DNA of 40,227 nucleotides from Chiloscyllium plagiosum. Taxonomy: Eukaryota. The DNA lies in NCBI RefSeq assembly GCF_004010195.1, contig NC_057718.1, forward strand, positions 47,518,272 through 47,558,498, in the 5' to 3' direction. A program made the translations under genes and the position numbers. Position 1 is the first letter of the stretch, and every line of letters begins with the position of its first letter. Below the pieces are notes generated by a model that saw only the letters and a program-made list of their open reading frames with translations, was not told the origin of the DNA and made no database searches. Positions 11,111 through 23,299 of this stretch are shown here, piece by piece.

Positions 11111-11450
11111 GTTTAATGCCTGCTGAACTGAGCCAGTGAGTTGTGGGCGGTGGGTGGCGAATCGAGCTCCACCCCAGGTGCTCAGTGGTTGGTGCAGACC
11201 TGCCTAAGTGACGGCAGGATCTGTATTGCATTGGGCTCCGGGATCTGGGTGATCGCTGCTGTGCGGTGTTCGGGACTGTGCCCAAAGCCGGGTTACTGGC
11301 ACTTTGAGCCGCCTGATCGTTTCGATGTCTGTGGCGGTGATGAGGAGGGATTGTGCCGGATCGTACCGAGAGGTGAGTGCGTGGAAAGGACCGCACAATC
11401 CGACCAGTATTGCAACCGGCCTCTGTAAACGAGAGCCTTCAGCTTTCATT
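11110..11450 (+). promoter_or_regulatory. PACC1 CpG-rich promoter/first exon region
   Basis: High CpG density against a CpG-poor background, a GC-box-like TGGGCGG near 11143, and it contains exon 1. Confidence 0.6.
11325..11372 (+). CDS. PACC1: Proton-activated chloride channel, coding exon 1
   Basis: Encodes MSVAVMRRDCAGSYRE (second in-frame ATG at 11340), resembling human MIRQERSTSYQE. Consensus donor GAG|GTGAGT, phase 0, in a CpG-rich patch. Confidence 0.8.
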
Positions 11451-12393
11451 GAGTTGAAAATAGTTTCCTAGAGTCTGTAATCGGTCCGAAATAATAGTTG
11501 AAAGGCTCTTGGGTTTATTTGTTGCGCGGATTAGAAACTTTTTTTCTGCACTAGCAATTAAAATAGTTGCTGGTTTAGTAAGACGTTTGGGCTGGGGGAG
11601 TGGGTGGTTGTCTGCGTACAGTGAATGAGTAAACCCCGCAGCTTGTTATTCAGACTGCCCTGATGCTCTGCGGTCTGACCACGACAGTCTCCCCACCCCC
11701 TCCCCCCTGAGAGACACCGACCGAGGGGATGGTAACAACAGCCTCCTCTTCAAGTCGCACAACGCTAAAGATATTCCTAAGAGCTGAAGCAGCGTAAAGA
11801 AGGACTGGACCGAGCAGGTCCATCACCACCTGTAAGGAGATAAGCTGCATTCATTTCGGAGTTGTGAGGATGGAACGATTATCTCTTATCTCCTTCTCAT
11901 CATGGGGGTCACTGTAGTGTACAGCCAGCAGTGCGTCAGCTCATCCTTCCCTCAGTCACAAACAAATCGATTTCATTTTGTACTCCCAAACGCAGCATCC
12001 GTGCGTTTTTACTGTAATAGTATCTCCGACCTGCTAAGTCGATCCTTGTCCTAAATATGCTAAAGTCAGGATTTTGCAGCTCTCCCTTTGTTAACCTGTC
12101 TTATTTGGCATTTCCCATCCTCACTATCATTGAGATGCTGAGTTTTAATCTCCGTAGCTCCTGAAACTGCTTATAGTCGACTCTCCTTCTTATATCGTAT
12201 TTCCAATATAGACCACAATCTCTGGCTGTTTCTATCTCCTTGTAAAATGTTCTGCACCTATTCAAGAAGAAACAAAATTATCAATGAGAAATATAGTGAT
12301 TTGAAAATGGAGTAAGTTTTAAATAGATATTTGAATGCCTTTTCATATGGTTATTAGTCATTATAGAAGTTGCATAGTTTGACTAATACATGA

Positions 12394-12415
12394 CCCCCCC
12401 CCCCCCCCCCCCCCC
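12394..12415 (+). repeat. C22 homopolymer
   Basis: 22 consecutive C in PACC1 intron 1. Confidence 0.95.
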
Positions 12416-12919
12416 GACACGTTTTTATTTTTCACATCTGTCTCGGTATCTCCCAGAAACGGAATTTAGAACATTTTGGAATAAATAGGAAATCCTGTAA
12501 ACAAAAGTATGTTCAGATCAGACTTGTGATTGTGTTCTTGCTAGATGACTCCGAAGGTGGTTATTGTTTTCACTTGCACTTAAGGCAAAGGAAGTCAGGT
12601 TTGTAAACACCCTACAAAAACAAATAAGTCATGTAAAACTTAACAAATCATGGGTTTGGCATCAGTTGAGGAGTGTTGATGAAAATGTACAGTGGGCCTG
12701 TCAGTAAGTGAACAAAAGAGCAGAAAGTGAGGATGTGAACTGGTGTATGAATTGAATTTTGCCCAATCCCTGTCCTAACATCCAGTACTTCAGACAGACG
12801 TGTTCTTGCTGTTGTTTCTCTTTCCACTTCTTTCAGCAATGCAGATCAGATATTTTTAATCGACCTGTTCAGGCGTGTTCTGACAAATTTTTAGAGCAGA
12901 TGAATAGTGAACATAGGCC

Positions 12920-13135
12920 CAAAAACAGAAATTGCTGGAATTGCTCAGCAGATCTGGTAGCATCGGTGGATAGAAAACCGCGTTAACATTTTAGTTTCCT
13001 CAGCGCTGGTTGCTGAACCCAAAACGTTCATTCTGATTTCTCTCCACAGATGCTGCCAGACCTGCTGAGCCTTTCCAGCAATGTCTATTTTTGTTTCTGA
13101 TTTCCAGCATCTGCCGCTCTTGCAGGTTTTATTGT
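12920..13135. mobile_element. Older palindromic relative of family A
   Basis: Inverted arms aattgctggaattgctcagcagatctggtagcatc / gatgctgccagacctgctgagcctttccagcaat, with tail tttccagcatctgc. Further decayed arms at about 16515-16620 and 23625-23720. Confidence 0.65.
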
Positions 13136-13446
13136 ACCTTGGTCTGCTGGCGCAGAGGTGAGAACACTACCACTGTGCCTCATGAGCCCTCCTGCAACGT
13201 AACATAACCTTTGCAAAAAAATTCTAGATTTCCTATATCTATTTGCTCTCAATTCCTGTCCAGAACAACTAATTTCAAAATGAGTTGACATTAGTTGATT
13301 GTTAGTTGGTATTTTCAGTGTGTCCTAGATGCTCTGCTGAAGATTCCACATCCCTGCAGTTCTTGAGTTCTGATCACTGGCTGACCCACCCAACATGATG
13401 AATTTTTGTAAACTGTGTTTTAAAAACCTTTTCTCTTTGTCTGCAG

Positions 13447-13543
13447 CTTTCAGATGTTGGAACAGAGGACAGCACTTGCAATTCTGACCTCAGGAATGAA
13501 ACTGATACTGAGCAAGATGATTTAAATAGAACAGTAATACGAG
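13447..13543 (+). CDS. PACC1: Proton-activated chloride channel, coding exon 2
   Basis: Acceptor ttctctttgtctgcag; 97 bp open frame LSDVGTEDSTCNSDLRNETDTEQDDLNRTVIR plus 1 nt; donor GAG|GTATAA. Phases (0 in, 1 out) join exons 1 and 3 in frame. Acidic and 32 aa long, like the corresponding human segment starting LSEE. Confidence 0.78.
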
Positions 13544-14699
13544 GTATAAACCAGTATTGTGAAAGATACGTCTCTATTCCATCTCTCCCCACAGAAAGGC
13601 AGGGGCCTGAGTTCTGTAGGTCACCTGTGGTGGGCAAGTAAATGGATCTGTAGTGCAGTGTCTCATTGCTAGCCTGCCAATACTTGCTCGAGAATAATTT
13701 TATGGGTGACGAGCGAGGTATCTGGTGGACCAATTTTCCTTGATCCAACTGAGAACCTTAAAGGTGTAATTAATGTCCAACGAAGGTCATCACACCATTG
13801 CCACTTTGATTTAAAGAGCAGTGGGAATCTGTACCAAGCTTGGCAGCTTCAGCCCTGCAAGCTTTTGTTTGGTGACAAAGCATATATCAGCTTTGCTGCT
13901 CCCTTCACCTATTGTAAGTTTGCACCACAGTTTGAACTCTCTTGTTTCCATTGGTGACACCACCAACAGCACCCCCTCAATGGCCCTGCTAATCTGGCCC
14001 TGGTGAGATCCTTGAATGAACTGGGTTTGGGGACAGCACAGGTCTCCTTACTGTTTGGGACCTTCTGCAATTTCAACAGTGGTCACTGATACTGGAGGCC
14101 CAGAACTTCTGGCTTCTAGTCTTGCTCCTGGGAATGGACAGATCTTTTCTCGTACCAATTACAGGGCTGCCGGCAGAAATTAACATAATGAAAACTGACC
14201 GAGTGGACGTCTGCTCATCTCCAAAGCTCACACTGGGGTGCAGGAACCCTTTCTCACGTATAATCCAGCTCCAGTCTCTCTTTTGTATCGTTCCAGAGTT
14301 TGTATGATTGGGAACAGGATAACCTTTAAACTGCTTATGTGCTTATTTTAATTCAGAGTCTAGATCATTCCCCTCCTTGAACCAGCTCCTTGTATCTACA
14401 CAACTAAAGGTGACACACACTGTTCGGACACAGCAGCTGTCGTTAGTTGTGTGAATGTTGAAAGCCAATTGCAGCAACTAGTGTCTGGAAGTCTAATTAA
14501 AATAAGGCCTGTGTAATGGTGGAATTGTCTGTAGTCTGTTTTCTTTAAACAACAAAATCAGCAAAATTGTTTGGATAAATTGTGTTTGCATGTGACTGTT
14601 ATGAAGTTACTTGCTGCCTTGAGTTTTAGATTAGATTTAGATTTATTGTCATGTATATATAAAAAAGTGTTTTTTCGCATGTTATATGCAAAGTGTTGC

Positions 14700-15195
14700 C
14701 ACATTCTGGTGCCGTCTTGAATATAGTGCAAGATTGTACTGCGGTAGCGTTCATCTTTCTCTCTTTTTTTTTCCCTGCTCTGCTGCTCCTCCAGTTGTTG
14801 AGTGTTTGACATTTTTTCGCTTTCATTTTAAAGCTCTGTAATGGTGGTTCGAAATGGGAATGTAATCATGTTCTGCAGTAATATTACTCAGAACTGCTTG
14901 AAAGGTAAGACTTGATTGACTTTAGTAAATAGAATTTTGAATGTGAGCTCATGCTTCCAATGCAATTTTTATCTTTATTTTGTCCTTTTTTGTGTGCTTT
15001 GGATAAATGTTTACATTCTGTGTTCAAAATCTAACCACCATTACGGAGATTTAAAATGAAAGCAAAACACTGTTGAACAGTCAACAACTGGAGAAGCAGC
15101 AGAGAAGGAACAACAAGAAGAGAGAAAGATGAACTCTAATGTGGTAAAATCTTGCATTATGGTCAATGTTTCAAGATGGTGCCAGAGCATGTTTT
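14700..15195. repeat. Imperfect inverted repeat with arms of about 150-175 bp
   Basis: The reverse complement of 14720-14849 aligns to 15033-15160 at roughly 80% by eye. Confidence 0.85.
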
Positions 15196-15219
15196 ACTGT
15201 ACTTTTTATATGCTGAAAA

Positions 15220-15302
15220 ATGTTGCTGGAAAAGCACAGCAGGTCAGGCAGCATCCAAGGAGCAGGAGAATCGACGTTTCAGGCATAAGCCCTTCTTCAG
15301 CC
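15220..15302 (-). mobile_element. Family A Penelope-type arm with hammerhead core (CUGAAGA variant)
   Basis: Minus strand reads CTGAAGA-AGGGCTTATGCCT-GAAA-CGTC-gattctcctgctccttggatgctgcctgacctgctgtgcttttccagca. Confidence 0.75.
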
Positions 15303-16254
15303 CTGAGGTTAATGAGGTTATTTTTATTTAACATACCCATAAGCCTGTATGCCTGCAGCCCCTTTGACCTCACCTTGTATCCTTGAAATGGGAGGGAAGG
15401 GAAAAAAAACACCAGGTCTCTTTCTCATATCCTGTCTTGAAGAATATAAATGGATGCAATCTATGAACTGGTTATTTGGAATGAAACAGCCACACTTCTT
15501 TCTCTCCTTCAGAGCAATGCCTTTCAATTCTTTCTTTATAGCAGCACACAATCTCTCAGCAACATATTTCTAACCTCAGCTGATTGAGCACTCTCCTCAC
15601 CAGTCCCTAAGCTTGCAACATACATAATGTGCAAGTCTCTCAACTCTCTGTTGCTGCATTCTATTGCATTTTCATTACACTCTCCTTTCTTACCTATCTT
15701 CACCAACCTGCACTGAACTCCTTATCTCCTGATGCACTGAATTCAAAATCATCGTTCGTGTCTACTAATCCCTCCACAATGTTGATATGCTTAGCTGTAT
15801 TTGTTCAGCTGTATAAATTACAGCATGCCAGTTATTCTTCTGACATGTCATCCTTTGTATTCTTCCTTCCCTTCACTCTACTTTATGGCAAACCTTCAAC
15901 TGCAGCCTGACATCTGACTCTGAAATAATTACTATAACACCACTACCATGCTACCACCTTTGTTCCCTCAATAAAGAATGTGGTAATCAATTGCATGTCC
16001 TCACCACCATGCTGAAGATGAAAGTCTTAGTGAAGAGATCTTTTGATGTTTCCTTACTGGTCAGCAGCCAGGATCCTTGATTAACTAATTATTGCAAACT
16101 GAACCAATGTGATATAGTTATGGTGTAAAACACAATGAGATGTGAATGATTTCTTACTTTGTAACTATGAAGTTTAAACAGCATAAACGTCTTGTTTTAA
16201 TTCTTTATCAAGGGAAGGAATTTCTGGTTAAGTGAATACTTTTTCCTGTTCTAG

Positions 16255-16464
16255 ATGATGAAGCTGGCTCCACAAGTCTTTCCTCCATCTTTGGTAAAGC
16301 CTGTCTGAAGAACACCTTTTCTGTGATTCTTATCCTTATCTACCTGCTCTTGATGTCTGTGGCAGTATTCCTGGCCTATCAGACCATCACAGATTTCAGG
16401 GAGAAGCTGAAACATCCTGTTATGTCAGTGTCCTTTCAGGAAGTTCTGAAATACGATGCTCCTG
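16255..16464 (+). CDS. PACC1: Proton-activated chloride channel, coding exon 3 (TM1)
   Basis: Acceptor ttttcctgttctag; 210 bp encoding DDEAGSTSLSSIFGKACLKNTFSVILILIYLLLMSVAVFLAYQTITDFREKLKHPVMSVSFQEVLKYDAP(G), near-identical to human KACLKNVFSV...KLKHPVMSVSYKEVDRYDAPG. Donor G|GTGAGA. Confidence 0.96.
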
Positions 16465-16649
16465 GTGAGAATACATTTTATTTTCTTATGAAAATGCTGA
16501 CATAAAATAGTTCAAAAACAAAAACTCTACAGATTCTGGAAACATGGAATAAAAATGAGAAGTATTGGTCAGGTAACATCTGTGGAAGGAAACATGGAGT
16601 TAACTTTTCAGCTCAATAACATATAGTCGGAAATAGAATTCATCACTTA

Positions 16650-16790
16650 AGAGTGCGGTTGTGTAATTGAGAACTTAGCAATTAGCTCGGTTTCAATGAC
16701 ACCATTAGATCCAAATAGATAGTGTTGCCATGGGACCACCTCTAGGCCCAGCCCTTCATTGGTTACCATGAGAAATACATCACCAGTGAA
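16650..16790 (+). mobile_element. Penelope RT fragment
   Basis: QIDSVAMGPPLGPAL resembles the PLE RT motif QxDGVAMGSPLGP. Confidence 0.6.
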
Positions 16791-16979
16791 GTGGTGACAT
16801 TGAAACTGAAGAGGAAATCATAGATGACTTTTGGGTTTGGGGAAAAGGATGTGATTCTGTGACAGTTGATGATTGTGACATAGCTAATACCTGTTCTGTA
16901 TTCTTAGAAATCTTCAGCACTTTTACAAACATCAGATAAATCTTCATACATTTGCCTCAATTATTGAGATAAGAAAATG

Positions 16980-17440
16980 TGTAAAGGGATCTTGATCAAA
17001 TGAATCAATGGACTGAAAATGATAGATGGAATTCAATCTGGATAAATAGGATTTTCAAATTAAAATTTTGGTATAACAAGCAAGGATATGGCTTATACAA
17101 TTAATGGTAGCGCCTTGGGTAGTGTTGTAGAACAGAGGGACCTGGGTACAGGTATATAATTCTTTGAAGTTTGCTTCACATATGAACAGGGTGGTTAAAA
17201 AGACGTTTGGCACACTTGTTCAGTCCTTTGAGTATAGGAGTTGGGAAGACACGTTGAGGTTGTACAGGATATTGATAAGGCCACTTTTAGAATACTGTGT
17301 CTTTGACCAGGATATTACCAGGATTGGAGGGTTTGAGTTATATGAATAGGGTGAGATCTTTTTCACTGGAGCCTAGGAGATTGAGAGGCAACCTTAAAAA
17401 AGTTTATTAAAAAAATGTGGGGTGTAGATGATAGAGATAA
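16980..17440 (+). mobile_element. Degenerate CR1 fragment
   Basis: Encodes FEYRSWEDTLRLYRILIRPLLEYCV. Confidence 0.8.
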
Positions 17441-17454
17441 TAAATTATATAAGC

Positions 17455-18910
17455 AAAAAACTGAAAGAACTGCAGCTGCTAAAAATCAGAAGAACAAACA
17501 AAGGTTGCTCGAAACAACTCAGCAGATCTGTCAGCGTCTGTGGAGAGAAAGCAGCATTAATATTTCAGATCTAGGGACCCTTCTTAAGGGCCATTGGACC
17601 TGAAATCATGTCTCACGAACTTGATTGAGTTTTTTGAAGAGGTAACAAAGAGGATTGATGAGGGCAGAGCAGTAGATGTGATCTACATGGACTTCAGTAA
17701 GACGTTTGACAAGGTTCCCATGGGAAACCAGTTAGCAAAGTTAGATCTCATGGAATACAGAGAGAACTAGCCCATTTTGGTACAGAACTGGCTCGAAGGT
17801 AGAAGACAGAGGGTGGTGGTGGAGGGTTGTTTTTCAGACTGGAGGCCTGTGACCAATGGAGTGCCACAAGGATTGGTGCTGGGTCCACTATTTTACATCA
17901 TTTATGATTTAGATGTGAGCATAAGAGGTACAGTTAGTAAGTTTGCAGATGATACCAAAATTGGAGGTGTGGTGGACAGCGAAGAAGGTTAGCTCAGATT
18001 ATAATGGGCTCTTTGTCAGATGGGTCAGTGGGCTGAGGAGTGGCAGATGGAGTTTAATTTAGATGAATGCGAGGTGCTGCATTTTGGGAAAGCAAATCTT
18101 AGCAGGTCTTATACATGTTAAGGTCCGAGGAGTGTTGCTGAACAAAGAGACCTTGGAGTGCAGGTTCAAAGCTCCTTGAAAGTAGAGTCGCAGGTAGATA
18201 GGATAGTGAAGAAGGTATTTTGTATGCTTTCCTTTATTGGTTAGAATATTGAGTACGAGTTGGGAAGTCATGTTGCAGCTGTACAGTACTGTTCGGCCAC
18301 TTTTCGAATATTGTGTGCAATTCTGGTCTCCGTCCTATTGGAATGATGTTGTGAAACTTGAAAGGGTTCAGAAAAGATTTAGCAGGATGTTATCAGGGTT
18401 AAAGGTCTTGAGCTATAGAGAGAGGTTGAATAGGCTGGGGCTGTTTTCCCTGGAGGCTGAGGGGTGACTTTATAGAGGTTTATTAAAGCATGAGGGGCAT
18501 GGATAGGATAAGGTCTTTTCCCTGGGGTTGGGGAATCCAGAACCAGAGGGCATAGGTTTAGAGTGAGAGGGGAAAGATATAAAAGAGATCTAAGGGGCAA
18601 TGTTTTCATGCAGAGGATGGTACGTGTATGGAATGAGCTGCCAGAGGAAGTGGTAGAAGCAGGTACAATTGCAACATTTAAGAGGCATTTGGATGTGTAT
18701 ATGAATAGGAAGAGTTTGGAGGGATATGGGCCGGGTGCTGGCAAGTGGGACTAGATTATGTTGGGAAATCTGGTCAGAATGGACGAGTTGGACTGAAGGG
18801 TCTGTTTCCAGGCTGTACATCTCTATGACTCTATTACTCTACAACTTTGTTTTCTTTCTACTGATGCTGCCAAACCTGCTGAGTTTTTCCAGCAATTTCT
18901 GCTTTTGTTA
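17455..18910. mobile_element. Older palindromic family A relative split by a CR1 insertion
   Basis: Left part 17455-17605 ends ...ggacctgaaa; right part at about 18840-18910 resumes ...gatgctgccaaacctgctgagtttttccagcaatt. Confidence 0.6.
17606..18833 (+). mobile_element. 5'-truncated CR1 LINE (RT to tail)
   Basis: GVPQGLVLGP and SKFADDTK motifs with frameshifts; tail ctctatgactcta. Confidence 0.95.
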
Positions 18911-19019
18911 ATCAAATTCCATCATGTATTCAACTTTGTGTTTTGAAACAGAACAATCAACAAACTCCATTTCCTCAAAGTATTAGTCAAGTTGGTATCT
19001 TGACAACAGTAAATTGAAG

Positions 19020-19980
19020 ATTGACACTCACTGGTCAGTGTATGTATTGGGATTGCTACAGTCCCACAGCTGACAAAAACAATCTGAATGGTAGTCTCAT
19101 GAATAGAGCCATAGCCATCTGTTCACTGGTAGGAGCTGATGCTGAGTTAGGGCATATTAAAATCATTCTGCACGATAATGGATACCCTGACCAGATTACC
19201 TCACAACCCATGAAAGGGCCTATGGGCACTACCTTTGACCTGGAGTAGGACACACTCTGTCTCACTACCACGGAAAGGGAAGGTGTCTCAAAAATTTGAA
19301 CAGCTGATTCTAGCTGTCTCCTGCTGTTTCCATGCAGCAAATACAGAAGTGGTTTTCTCCACTAATAGGATGCTGTTGTCAAGCCAAAGTGGCATTTTGC
19401 CCATCACGTAGATTAATTATGTGATATATGACTTTCCATGTGGGAGTAGTGTCCGGAGTATATCCCAATGATTGGCAGCCTGTGTCAAACAGCACATCCC
19501 ATTAACTATTTTCAGTGCACAGATGCTAATTGTGCTCAGACAGCCAGTGATTGCAAGTATCACAAAAGTATATCCGTCATTAGATGACATGGTGATATTG
19601 GAAATCAATTATTAAATAATCCAGACTGTGCTAAGAATTAGACAGGAAACCAATTTAAGACCGTCAGCCTGACCCACAGTGTGACATATTTACATGTACT
19701 AGAAACTATATATTAATAAACAGAATCCTGTTTTCTGCTGGCAAAAATAATTTTTACAGACATTGCACATGTTTCCTTTTTAAAGAAACTGCCATACTCT
19801 GCATTCCCATGGCAATACCCTGACCAATCAGAATTTATCTGCCTGGTCTGTGAACTGAAAATTGACATGATCGCCCAACCAATCAAAACACTCTCAGGCT
19901 GATAAAATGCGATCTCTTTTCTCAAGTTTGTTTCTTGTATCGTTGTCCTGATGAGCACATGTTGGAAAGCTTCAGCTTTT
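19020..19980 (+). mobile_element. Degenerate Penelope-like element 3' half (RT C-terminus, GIY-YIG remnant, family D HHR remnant)
   Basis: Encodes TGQCMYWDCYSPT...LMNRAIAICS...ELGHIKIILHDNGYPD and VIYDFPC. Ends with CTGATGA (19948) ... GAAAGCTTC (19965-19973). Confidence 0.7.
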
Positions 19981-20592
19981 ACTCTCCTGTTAGCAGTGTT
20001 TAAATTCTGAATGACTATATGGTATATTTTAAGCAAGGGAGGGCAGGTGTGAGAAGAAAAACAAAACAAAGTTTGTGTTAGGATGGAAGGGGGACAAGAC
20101 TAAGAGGTTTAGTAAGGGGACATGCAAATAAATAAAAGCTGTTTCGAGGGGAGGCGTGAGGGTCAGAATCATGAGCAACCACCTTCTTGAAACCAAAAAT
20201 TCGCATAAAATCTGCAATGAAAAGGGAAATAAACTGGGTCGAGATTGCAATCTAATATTTTTGAACCCTGAGTCCAGAACGCTGTAAAGTACCTAACTGA
20301 GGATGATGTGCTGTTCCTCAAGCTTGGATGGAACTTTATTAGAACTCTAGGACCATGTGTATTGAGAAATTTGCATGAGAACAAAGCAGAGAATTAAAAT
20401 GGTCTACAGAGAAGAAATTTGGGTTCACTCTGCATTTGGTCTTCACAGCATATAACAGGCAGAATTATGACCAATAATTACAGTGTACCAAATTGGAAGA
20501 AGTATGCTAGTGTAGTTTCAGCTCAAATAAATGATCAAGGCCTTGGATGATGAGAAGAGGGGAGGTAAAATGAAAGGTGATGCATGTCCTTT

Positions 20593-22158
20593 TGTTATGG
20601 AACAGGCCAGATCCTCTCAAAACATTTTAAGAACGTAGCCCAGAAATTAACTTTTCTAGTTGTTTTAAGCAGATGTAAGGTGAATATTTTAGGAACGACG
20701 TAGCAAGTCACACCACTCGGCTTTAAACAAAATAGAATTTATTTATATGCGAACAAAAGAAAACCGAATTTAGAATAATATAATTATTTGAAAACCCAAC
20801 TGACACAAAAACACAACTTCACAAAGAGGTGTTCTGATTCCCTGCAACATCCCATAAACACAGCCCCTGGCAAAACAGTAAATTCAAACACAGGTTCTTA
20901 CAGAAGAGAGGTGTCAGAGAGAGAGGATCAGCATGGAGCTGTTTCTTTGGGTCCCCAACTAAAACTAGAAAAAACCCTGAACTGGAAGAACAGGCCACTT
21001 CCCTTTCATTGTACAAGTATTCAAGTTGTAAGTTTGCTCGCTGAGCTGGAAGGTTTGTTTTCAGGAATTTTGTTACCGTACTAGGTAACATAATCAGTGA
21101 GCCTCTGGTGAAGCGTTGGTGTTATGTCCCATTTTCTATTTATGTGGCATGGTCTCTTAAGGTGGGTGATATCATTTCTCAGAGGTTGGTAAATGGGCCC
21201 AAATCAATATGTTTATTGATGGATTTCCGGTTTGAATGCCAGGCCTCCAGGAATGCCCATACGTGTGTCTGTTTAGCCTGTCCTAGGATGGATGCATTGT
21301 CTCAGTTGAAGTAGTGTCCTCCTTCATCTGTATGTAAGGAGACGAGCGATAGTGGGTAATGTCTTTTGATGACTAGTTGGCGTTTATGTATCCTGGTGGC
21401 TAGTTTTCTGTCTGTCTGTCCGATATACTGTTTAATACAGTCCATGCAAGAGTATTTTGTAAATGACATTTGTTTTGCTGGTTGTTTGTATAGGATGTTT
21501 TAGGTTTATCAGCCGCTGTTTAAGTATGTTGGTAGGTTTGTGGGCTACCATAATGTCAAAGGGTAAGAGTAGTCTGGTAATCATTTCAGAGATGTCTTTG
21601 TATGGCACTGTGGCCAGAGTTTCTGGGTGCATTGTGTTTGCTTGTTTGGGTTTGTTGTTTAGGAATTGATGGACTGTGTGTATTGGGTACCCATTCTTGT
21701 TGATTATGCTGTATTGGTATTTTTCTTTTGCTGCTCATAGTTCTTGGGTGCTGCAGTGTATGGTGGTGTTTTAAAATAATGTCCTGAAATATTTTCCCCC
21801 ACCTTAAGAGATCAAGACACACAAATAGAAAGCGGGACATAACACTAGTGCTTCACCGGAGGATCACTGATGATGTTACCTAGCATGGTAATGAAACATC
21901 TGAAAACAAATCTTCCAGCTCAGTGAGCAAACTTAAAACCTGAACCTCAAGCTGAGCCACAAATCTTCTCAAAAATCACATTATACATGAGTTTTTTAAT
22001 AAAGTCTTGAAAGCCTTTTCTGATTGTTGACTTAGGCAGCATCAGTTAGCCATTATTAAAGTAGCCAGTTCAGACATTTTGGCACCCCTGCCTTTAGGGC
22101 CCCTCTCAAGAAAAGACCAAGGAGAGAATAACCTTCTTAAAGGAGCAATATTGTCGCA
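20593..22158 (-). mobile_element. Putative solo LTR (host of the Penelope insertion)
   Basis: TGTTATGG...CA termini; both ends resemble 22234-23275; AATAAA on the minus strand; no clean TSD. Confidence 0.6.
21020..21980 (-). mobile_element. 5'-truncated Penelope-like element with GIY-YIG remnant and inverted pseudo-LTRs (family C HHR)
   Basis: Minus-strand frameshifted SKTNVIYKI..CMDCIKQYIGQTDRKLATRIH. Termini at about 21020-21175 and 21790-21945 are inverted copies; the plus copy has tca-CTGATGA-T-GTTACC-tagcat-GGTAAT-GAAA-CATC-tga at 21864-21903. Confidence 0.88.
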
Positions 22159-22233
22159 TCTTCATTTGTGAAGCTGCTGTGGTCAGGGAGGGTGTGTCAG
22201 GTGTGAATGCAGAATGAAGCAGAGTATGACAGT

Positions 22234-23275
22234 TGTTATGGACTAGGCCAGACCATTCAAAACATTCTTAAGCTGGCAGCCCAGACCATAACTTTGCAAT
22301 TTGTTTTGGTAAGTATATAGTGAAAATTACCTGGAGTAAGTTAGCTAGGTTGATTACCAGGTTTTAAACAGACAACAATTTATTCACAAAATGAAACACA
22401 AAGAACAGAATAAAGAACAACTATAGACCTCAGTCTATCCAAACTAGACTTAATTATGCTGTTCAGAATATGCATAACAGTCCCAATAAGCAAACCCCTT
22501 AAACACAGTAAAAATGGCTTATACCCCAGGCGGGTACCGGAGCGGGCTGTCCTAGAGGTGGTCGAAAGGTGTGTCAGGGCGGACCGAGAACTGGAAGGGG
22601 CATGGGGTGGACCGAGAGCCGGAAGGTGGGTAGGGGCAGGCTGCCTTAGAGTGGTCAGAAGGTGGAAGGGACGGGGGCTTGCTGGGTCTGTATTGTCTGC
22701 ACTTTTGTATGTAACAGTATTGTCTAATATACAAATGTCGTTGTCACTGTCTTGTCCTATGTGGAACTGGGATTTGAGGTTTGTCCTCATTTCCCTGTAA
22801 AATGGTTGAACGGTAGGGTTTGGGGCCTAGCTTTGCTGCTCCTCTCCCTTGTAAAATTGCTGTCTCTTGTGTATAGCTGTAAATGTTTTTGTAAACTGTT
22901 TTATAATTTGTTTAATAAAATAAAAATGGCTTATAGGTCAAAGTTTGAAGGGCAGAAGAAGAGAGAGTCCAGCAGTCTGTTTCCACACAGCTCACAGCTG
23001 AACTCCCAATAGTCCTGGACTGAACTGCTCAGCTAGAGATCTGGCCACGCCTGCTTGGCTTATACAGGTTACTTGTAAAAACACAAAAGCTTTGGCCTAA
23101 AGGCCTCTGTTTATGTATAAACAAAAAGGCCTCTCAACACCTTTTTTTATCTCTGTACCAAATCCAGCCGTTACAGAGCCCAGAGTGTTTTATGACCCCT
23201 CTGGAAAAAAATCAAGGACACAGTATCCTTGAGAAAAGGAACAGCTTTTAGAGAAAAGGGACCAGCTTTGTAGTA
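22234..23275 (-). mobile_element. Putative solo LTR (Gypsy-like), host of a Tx1/L1 fragment
   Basis: Starts TGTTATGGACTAGGCCAGA; flanked by cagt/cggt (4-bp TSD with one mismatch). Confidence 0.6.
22524..22920 (+). mobile_element. 5'-truncated L1/Tx1-like retro-insertion
   Basis: Perfect 15-bp TSD taaaaatggcttata (22509-22523 / 22921-22935); GC-rich ORF end, T-rich 3' UTR, AATAAA and A-rich end. Confidence 0.75.
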
Positions 23276-23299
23276 CGGTGAACAGCCCTCGAACAATGT

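Noticed and set aside
11076..11449. Several 80-106 aa ORFs over the PACC1 promoter
   Set aside because: Stop-poor GC-rich sequence with no recognisable homology; only the short spliced exon is supported.
12394..12415. Functional G-quadruplex
   Set aside because: The G-run is on the template strand, there is no supporting evidence, and homopolymer length is unreliable.
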